From Eledone cirrhosa (lineage: Eukaryota), in contig OZ024752.1 in NCBI GenBank assembly GCA_964016885.1, forward strand, positions 50,344,001 to 50,408,000: a DNA stretch of 64,000 bases, in the 5' to 3' direction. Both the position numbers and the translations under genes were made by a program. Below the pieces are notes generated by a model. That model saw only the letters and a list, made by a program, of their open reading frames with translations. It was not told the origin of the DNA and did not search any database. Shown piece by piece: positions 55,209 through 64,000 of the stretch; the stretch's first letter is position 1; each line of letters begins with the position of its first letter.

Positions 55209-57639
55209 GTGAATGTTTACTAAAAGAGAATATATTCTCATCAGTTTCATTGTTGTAAACACATTAAAAAATATACAAAATATTGAAACAAGTAAATCCC
55301 TTCATTGTCATAATTCTAATGAAAGCCACTGCTTATGATTTCTAAATAATTTTAATAAGGATTTGGAGGGATTTAGTAAAACAACTAACTTTCTCGTTAT
55401 TAAGATGGTGTTTGGAATAAAACTTAAAGATATTACATAAACTTATAATGGAAGGATTTCAGATAAATATAAACATATTAAAATAAACAGCTTTGTATTG
55501 TACAACTAAGATGGTTTCTGGCAGTTTCATATGAAAAGGTGAAGTCTCAGCTTGGTTAAACTTGAGATAAATTTTTGAATCACTGTTGAGAAGTCAAAAC
55601 TAGTTAAAGGAAAACACTGTAGCAAAATGAAATCTTTGCAAAGTAATGCATATAAAACATGTTTGATGAGGTGTAAATATAAAATAGATACAAAACAGAA
55701 ACATGAAATAAATATGAGGGAATCACCTATAGAACAGAATTCAAACTTAATGCTCAAGGCTAAAACTGGTATTTATGAAGAATGAAAGAGGAAAAATGTG
55801 TTGTATAAAAAGCTAAACCTTAAGGTAATTCAAAGTGTTTCTGAGAAGGAATTTGCCTGGATTTATCAGAAGTACTTAGAGAGAATAATAAGGAAGAAAA
55901 CAAAAAAAAATCATTCGACAACCCATTTGGAAAAAGCTTCAATAAATTACTTGAATTGATCATTCACAAATTTAGATGTAACACCATTATCTCATGTAGT
56001 GTTATATTTATGCTGAGTGTCTGTTTTTTCAGTTAACCCTCGAATATCTTTCAGAGAAAATTCTAAAATTCTTTTTTTAATATTTCAGAAAAATATTAAC
56101 ATCTTTTTTTTTTTAATATTTCAGAAAAATTCAAACCATTTTTTTTTTCTTAATATTTCAAACTCAAAATTATTAACTGATAAGAAAATTTATGAGATAA
56201 ATGATATTTATAGCTGGGAATAAAATACACCAATATTGTCTTTGTAATTATTCTATCCAAATATATGTTTTTATAATTCATTTCCTTCAATTTCTTGCCT
56301 GACTATTTCTTTAGATTTCACAATGTTTTTCATGTAGGTAAAAATAAATCAGATAATTTTTATTAGCTTAGTCAGATGAGAAAGAACAGCTCTATGACCT
56401 TTTTAAGGCCTCTATAACTGGTTGAAGGAGAGGAGAAAGTTATCCTTAGACTAGAGACCTGTCTTGAATGCTTGAAACAGAATATACTTTGCTAAAGACC
56501 CAGGTGTTTTTGTTAAACTGTAATTAAGTCTACCACCCAAGAACCCGTCATTCACAAAGCTTTGGCTGACTTACAACTGCCCAGCAGATGTAATTCCCTG
56601 TAAGTTAAAGAGTGTATAAATAGAAGAAAGAGAGACCCTTCTTACGGATCTGAGAAAATATGAGTTTATTTTACAGATAATTGGCAGCCTATTAATTGTA
56701 ATTGGCCAATTAATCAGTAATTAACCATGCTAATGTGGTTTCATATAGTACAGGATGTTAAGAGTGAGTCATTTAGTATATAGCCCAGGTATTTCTCTAT
56801 CCTCATTGGTCTTAATATGAATTTAATTGGTTACAAATCAAATATTAATGCTGCAATAAATTTGATTGTTAGTTATCACAAAATTCATGCTAATGGGGAC
56901 AGGTTTAGTTTTGTCAAAAATCATGTGATGATTAGCCGACCCAGTACTGCTACTAGGTCAAACAAGTTCATATATTGTGCTGAAGGACAAGACACAATCA
57001 TACTTGATTCTGAATTATAGTCAACAACTAGAACTTATCTTCATGGTATTCTAATTCCCAAAGAAAGTCACTTGTGTTCTTGTTCTATCCTGCGAGCGTA
57101 CTAACTTCAAGATAAAACCATCAACCATCAAAAAGCTTCATAGAACAGGATCTCATTAACAATCACTCCACAGTATTTTTTTGTTATGAAAATTACATAA
57201 ATTAAGAAATCGCCCAGCATTCCTGATTTTATGAACCCCTGCTGCTATTAAAAGATTTTTTTAAAGTGTTAAATAATTATTTTTAGTGTGTTACATAATC
57301 TACCTGGAACTTAATCAGATATCATGTATACACACCAATAACTTCACTAACCAGCATACCCAGCAGACAAAAAAACTTAACAAATGCTGTTTTTATGTAG
57401 TTTGTTTGCTTCATTGAGTCCTTATACATAATTACTGATCAAACATCTGGAGAAAAAGAATTCCTACTTGTCTTAATTTGTTAACATTTTTGGTTAATAT
57501 TCGGTCAGATATTTCTTCAGAGTACATAATCGAATGGAAGCAGGACACAGATCAAATAATCACCTCCCCAGATCCCCAGAAAAAAAAGTACACATCAGGC
57601 ATTCACTCCTCTGCTACTTGTATCATACTGTTTTTTTCA

Positions 57640-57900
57640 TCATCATCATCACCACCATCATCATCATCTTTGTGCTTGCTTTTCCATACTTGCATGGGTT
57701 AGACAAGTTCTTTCCAGTAAAGTATCTTTTCATTTTTATCTTTCCTGTGTCATTTCCTTTATCAGGTTCAGCATCCTTGAGGTCAGCTTCCATAATTTCT
57801 ACCCATGTCTCTCTTGGTCTTCTTTCTTTGAGGCTTCCTTCTACTTAGAAGTCCAAGATGTTTTCACTTTATAATTCTCATCTATATGCATTATGTTTAT
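57640..57900 (-). mobile_element. Old RTE 3' fragment
   Basis: (CAT)n-ttttccatacttgcatgggttagac..acccatgtctctcttggtct, the antisense of an RPRETW-like motif. Confidence 0.6.
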
Positions 57901-58137
57901 ATCAGAACAGAACATTTTTCTTCTTGTAGAATTTCTCAGAAGAATAAAACAAATGTGTTTTGTCTAACCTGATAACTTCCAAAATTACCCTGCCCCTCGT
58001 TCTAAAATACTCAACTGTTTCTTTTAAAATTTTTTATATTTATCTAAATAAATTTGTTAATTTATGCTCCAAACACATCTTAATCATGGTTTCCAATTTA
58101 AGCACAAGGCCATCAATTTTGGGGAGAAGAGAAAGTC

Positions 58138-58510
58138 ATTCTGAGTTCAAATCCTGCTGAGGTTAGCTTTGCCTTTCATCCTTACAGGGTTCAAAAAATA
58201 AAGTACCAGTAATGCACTGGAGTCAGTTTAACCCTTTAGCATTTAAACCGGCCATATCCGGTCAGAATTCTCTCACCTCTTTCTGTTCAAACTGACTGTA
58301 ACTGGCCACTCATACTGAAGTTAAGGTATTGTTCTCAAAATAAATAACATCAAAATCTCATAGATTCGATATTATGTGAGATAATTATGCGAGGTAAAGC
58401 CTTTACTGCGAAAATACAAAAGTAAATACAGAGTAATGTAAATGCTAAGGGTTAACAAAGATTTTCCCCTCCCTCAAAATTGTCGGCCTTTTGCCTAAAT
58501 CAGAAACCAT
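58138..58510 (+). mobile_element. SINE A interrupted by a full-length MITE-1 (58228-58455) with TTAA duplication
   Basis: ..ggagtcagt TTAA ccctttagcattta...taaatgctaaggg TTAA caaagattttcccc..; SINE sequence continues on both sides. Confidence 0.88.
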
Positions 58511-58899
58511 TAAAGATATGTCAATGAAAGAGTTAACAGTTCAACTACATAATGTAGAGGAATAATTCAATAAATCAACTACTTTTAGTGGTGAAATTCT
58601 TGTAGTTTAGATATTGTTTTGTTTGGTTTGGTTGTATTTTTGTTAGTGTACTTTAACAGACAAGATGGTAGGCATGTCAGGCCCCAAGCAAACACATATC
58701 TTATAAAAGGACTTTACAAATCTTCTATTCGGAATTTAAAGTTACCCATCAATAAATCTACACAAGAACACTTTTAACTCTTTATTATATACCATATTCC
58801 TAGTTGACTCAGTTTCACACTCCTCTCCCTCACACACCCCCTCTCTCTCCCTCTCTCTCTCTCTCTCTCCCTCACACTCTCTCTCACTCTCGCCATCAC

Positions 58900-58957
58900 T
58901 TATATGCACATGCATACATAGATATATGCATATATATGTGTGTGTGTCAGTGTGTAT

Positions 58958-59001
<44 letters not shown>

Positions 59002-59131
59002 TTATACACATATATATATACATATCTATAAAATCATATACATATTGATATATATACATTTATACCTTTACATATTTATTTATATATGCATGCATATATA
59101 TATAGGTATATATATATATATACACACATAC

Positions 59132-59173
<42 letters not shown>

Positions 59174-59527
59174 ATACATATATATTTATATATACATACA
59201 TATATATATATATTTATATATATTTATACGTACATATATATTTATATATATATATGTATACATACATATATATTTATATATTTATACATATACATATATA
59301 TTTATATATATATACATACATATATATATATATTTATATATATTTATACGTACATATATATTTATATATATATATGTATACATACATATATATTTATATA
59401 TTTATACATATACATATATATTTATATATATATACATACATATATATATATATTTATATATATTTATACGTACATATATATTTATATATATATATATATG
59501 TATACATACATATATATTTATATATTA

Positions 59528-59580
<53 letters not shown>

Positions 59581-59609
59581 CATGTATACACACACACACA
59601 TATATATAC

Positions 59610-59666
<57 letters not shown>

Positions 59667-59672
59667 CATACA
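58900..59672. repeat. (TA)-rich block with a 120-bp higher-order repeat
   Basis: tatttatacgtacatatata recurs at 59221, 59341 and 59461. Confidence 0.88.
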
Positions 59673-60085
59673 TTTTTTTAAAGATCAAATATATTGAAAT
59701 ATTGACTTAGAAGTAAATGATATCTTTGAATTGCAATATATTATAATATTGGTATAAGCTAAGAAGCAAAGATAAAAATTGAACAAAATATCAAACAGAA
59801 AGTTGGGAGTTTCCAATCTCTACATATTTCTATTGCCTCTATTATAAGGTAGATATCATTGTAGGAGTCAAACATAAATTCTCTTGTCGGATAAAGTGGT
59901 ACAATTCTAATAGCCTGAAAGCATTTTGAACATTATAAGGGTTTATTTCGTTGTTAATGACGAATCAAGATAGTTTATATTGGAGATTGAAAGAGGTTTG
60001 AATATTTATAATATTTATAATATATGTTATTTATATATATATATATACATATAATATACATATATATATATATATGTGTGTGTGC

Positions 60086-60126
<41 letters not shown>

Positions 60127-60128
<2 letters not shown>

Positions 60129-60163
60129 TTCTATATATACAAATGATTCTATGGACATACCTT

Positions 60164-60199
<36 letters not shown>

Positions 60200-60236
60200 A
60201 AGGTATGTCCATAGAATCATTTGTATATATAGAATC
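60127..60236. repeat. Perfect 110-bp palindrome centred on (TA)14
   Basis: 41-bp arms gattctatatatacaaatgattctatggacataccttattg and its exact reverse complement. Confidence 0.95.
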
Positions 60237-60340
60237 TATATATATATATAGAGAGAGAGATAGATAGATAAATATATATATATATATATAATATCAATAC
60301 ATATATATGTATATATAAATGTATAATAAAAAATATATGC

Positions 60341-60401
<61 letters not shown>

Positions 60402-60602
60402 AAATATAAAATATATTAATAAAATGGTGTAGCTTGCTTGAAACATTGTGTATTGTATATAATGTAGAAAATTATATATTTAAGAAGGCTAAGACAATGC
60501 AAAATTGACGGTAATATATAATGTAGACAACGATATTTTAAGGCTAAGACAATGAGAAATGGATGCTAAAATGAAGGCAACGAAAAAGTTTGTTATCTAG
60601 TA

Positions 60603-60982
60603 TTTAGGTACCACTTTAGAAGGAGAATCAGAGTGGAGAGAGAGGTACTGCATGCCAGTAAATTTACTAAAAGGTGGGTGAATGTGGCGAGAATGGCCCG
60701 AGTGATTGAGCCTTCTCTGTATGTAAACCTGTAGGTTAAAGAAGAGAGTGAAAAGAAGAAAGGAGCACTTGCACAACATGCTCCTGGAGTTGAGGGTTGT
60801 TCTATCTACGGTGCATAAAACAAGCCATTTGTAACGCCTCCCCCCTATTGGGGATTTCGATTGTTATATTTTCATATTAAAATGTTTTTACACGATTGTA
60901 TGTAAAATCCCCGGCATATATATTTGTATTGTCCCCTTTTCTTGTGCACCCTTGTGGCAAATAAAGAAATATATCTAGTATT
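60603..60982 (+). mobile_element. Tx1-like LINE 3' end with probable target-site duplication tatctagtatt
   Basis: Homologous to 32510-32880; tatctagtatt occurs on both flanks. Confidence 0.82.
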
Positions 60983-61256
60983 ATTGTTATTGTTATTGCT
61001 TTGTTTTGTTTTTTTCGTCCAAATATTTCTGGACTTAAAAATCTGTCCTTCAGAGTATGGGGAACTCTCAGAGTAAAACATTCCAGTCTTATCGATAAAA
61101 TAAAATCTATTGCCCTGGCCAACCAAGTTCATCAAATATACAAATCATACAGTCGACCCGGTATTTCCGATTTTCAACATTCTCATTCCTTAGATTGGTT
61201 CTTCTTCCTCTTTCTCTACTACACAAACACTCACACAATTTTATTTGTTTTTTGGT

Positions 61257-61288
<32 letters not shown>

Positions 61289-61289
61289 C

Positions 61290-62158
61290 CTCTATCAGCT
61301 CTATTGATAAATATCCCAGTTGTCTGATCAATGAAACAGCTTGGTCACGGAATTGATCTGCAAGTGGCTGAGTATTTCTCAGAATCATACACATACCCTT
61401 GATTTAATTTTTGGTGAGATTCAGCGAGCCACGGAAGAGGGTGTGACTAGGTAGCTCCTATGAATCACAGGGAAAACTTGTTGTCTCCAGCTGAGTGGAT
61501 TGGATCCATGTGAAATAATGTGTGTTGCTCAAGGACACAACGTTCCTTTGCAGACCAAACTCTTGACCTTACGATCAGGATCCAACCACTCTAACCACTA
61601 AACCTTGTATCTTCACACACAGACATTGGAGATCAAACTCTTGACCTTACGATCAGGAGCTAACCACTCAAACCATTGAAACTTCATCTTCACACACAGA
61701 CATTGGAGATCAAACTCTTGACCTTACGATCAGGAGCTAACCACTCAAACCATTGAAACTTCATCTTCACACACAGACATTGGAGATCAAACTCTTGACC
61801 TTACGATCAGGAGCTAACCACTCAAACCATTGAAACTTCATCTTCACACACAGACATTGGAGATCAAACTCTTGACCTTACGATCAGGAACTAACCACTC
61901 AAACCATTGAAACTTCATCTTCACACACGGACATTGGAGATCAAACTCTTGACCTTACGATCAGGAGCTAACCACTCAAACTATTGAAACTTCATCTTCA
62001 CACACAGACATTGGAGATCAAACTCTTGACCTTACAATCAGGAGCTAACCACTCAAACCATTGAAACTTTATCTTCACACACAGACATTGGAGATCAAAC
62101 TCTTGACCTTACAATCAGGAGCTTACCACTCTAACCACTAAAACTCGCACCTTCCACA
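61290..62158 (-). mobile_element. CORE-like SINE whose tRNA-like head is amplified as a 77-bp array of about 7.5 copies (61556-62158)
   Basis: agacattggag recurs at 61621+77n; antisense tttagtggttagagtgg..gatcgtaaggtcaagagttt resembles the SINE B head; adjacent gtgaaataa..ttgctcaaggacacaac body. Confidence 0.8.
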
Positions 62159-62959
62159 CTGACTAAAGGAGCATATTAATACAACTTACAACTATCTAAA
62201 AATGACACTTGAGCTACTAATTTTATCCTCACCAGGGATAATACACTTATGAGATAATAAAATAAAATTATTATGTATAATTTAAAAAAAAAAAAGAAAT
62301 TATGTGAATACTAACAGCATTATAGTTCGACTGAACTTAAATAATAAGTTTTCTGTTTCAATATGAAGTGAAAATTTGTTGAAAAATTTGAAAAGTAAAA
62401 AAAAAAATTAAAAAGAAGAAATTAAAAATCTAAAAACAAACCGTCTTTTTGAATCAGTGCAAAACAATGCAAGAAGGCTATAGAAGAAAACAACAACTAC
62501 AACTACAACAGAAACCTGTAGAACTAAAATAAATTATAATAACAGCTTTTGATAAGAGACATGAAGTCCTACAAGGTAAATAACTACTGCATAGAAATGA
62601 ATGGAAATTTCAAATGAAAATAAGAAAATTTGCTCTTGGGGAGTGTAATAGAATAAAACCTAAGTGAAAGACAGTCAATATGCCTTATTAATATATCCAC
62701 TTCAAACTGTTATTCTTGTTTCTCTTGTTGTTATTATTATTATTTCTAACGATATTTTAAAGTCAGAGAAGATGATGGATGGGGCAATAGAATGCCAGAT
62801 TAAATTCATTAAAAAGTTTCAAGTTCAAATCCTGCAAGGATAAACTATATATATATTGTTGTACTGGGGGAGGGTCATATTGTTGTAATAATATTGCCAG
62901 AAATAATAACAGAAGACACTCACTGTTTGGTTGGTTTTATATATATATATATATATATA

Positions 62960-63182
62960 AAGAAATGCCAAGAAATCCCAGTGGAAGGAAGATGCAGTAG
63001 AGAAAGACCACAAAAATCATGGCTGGAGGTGGTGAGAGCTGACCTCAGATCGTTGAAGCTCACGGAGGAGATGATGAAGGACCGTGACAAGTGGAGAGAT
63101 GCTGTGCTGAATAGGACCCATCCCACCCTTGCAAGCAGGGAAAAGTGGACGTAAAATGATGATGATAATGATGATGATGATA
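62960..63182 (+). mobile_element. RTE LINE 3' fragment
   Basis: Translates KKCQEIPVEGRCSRERPQKSW..; (GAT)n tail. Confidence 0.88.
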
Positions 63183-63319
63183 TATATATGTGTGTGTGTA
63201 TTCCCGGTTCAATCGTACTTTTACATATATATATATATATATAGATATGTGTGTGTGTGTGTGAGTGTGTCAGATATATATATATATACACACACATATA
63301 TACACACATATATATATAC

Positions 63320-63365
<46 letters not shown>

Positions 63366-63710
63366 GGAGGCACATGGCTTAGTGGTTAGAGCATTGGCCT
63401 TGCAATCGAAAGGTTGTGAGTTCAATTCTCAGACCGGGTGATGTGTTGTTTCCTTGAGCAAGATACTTTATTTCACATTGCTCCAGTTTACTCAGCTGTA
63501 GAAATGAGATAAGGACTGGGGTCCCTATCATTCCACTGCAAAGTGGTCGTGGAGGTGCCACGGCAAAAAGAAAGGCACCCAGCACTCACTGTAAATGAGG
63601 TTGGTGTTAGGAAGGGCATCCAGCTGTAGAAAGCAAGTCAGAATCAGTTCCCGTCCCACCCTTGCAAGCAGGGAAAAGCGGATGTAAAATTATGATGATG
63701 ATGATGATAT
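63366..63710 (+). mobile_element. Full-length SINE B (tRNA head, CORE-like domain, RTE tail)
   Basis: A box tggcttagtggttag, B box gagttcaattc, CORE-like ccttgagcaagatactttatttcac; tail nearly identical to the RTE 3' end. Confidence 0.9.
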
Positions 63711-63962
63711 ATAATATATATATATATATATGAGTTATTCACCAGTCAAGTAACTTTCTCAGTACAGTTTAGAACCAGACATTTATTTCATTCCATCTGA
63801 CATTTAATCGAATCATATAAAAACTATTCTGATAATCTGTTCTATTCTAACAAACTTTTCTCTGCTATATTTTGATAAAGATTAGTAGTCATACAATAGA
63901 CGTCAATATATATATGTGTGTATGCACATAGAAACACACACATATATATATATATATGTATA

Positions 63963-63996
<34 letters not shown>

Positions 63997-64000
63997 GATA

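Noticed and set aside
56680-56730. TAAT-rich cluster as a homeodomain enhancer
   Set aside because: Expected by chance in AT-rich DNA; no conservation data available.
63366-63440. tRNA gene
   Set aside because: The tRNA-like head runs into a CORE-like domain and RTE tail, so it is a SINE. SINE A heads likewise run into a SINE body.

Overview
AT-rich, microsatellite-dense eukaryotic DNA. The SINE and LINE families point to a cephalopod (Octopus-like) genome; this is an inference. Almost all long ORFs in the track are simple-repeat artefacts. One host exon is missing from the ORF track: 34953-35122 (-), encoding part of a kinesin-2 (KIF17/OSM-3-like) motor domain with canonical splice sites. 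The rest of the window is probably intron of that gene. Other content: two main tRNA-derived SINE families, RTE and Tx1 LINE fragments, TTAA-flanked piggyBac-like MITEs, pogo-like and hAT-like MITEs, Penelope-type termini, and several TE-derived tandem arrays. The best leads are three. (1) A family of type I hammerhead-ribozyme motifs whose stem II sequences differ but covary around a conserved C-C mismatch, including a head-to-head pair in a foldback. (2) The kinesin exon is bracketed by inverted SINE pairs. (3) An intronless 199-aa orphan ORF. All calls were read by eye; repeat boundaries are approximate and no database was searched.
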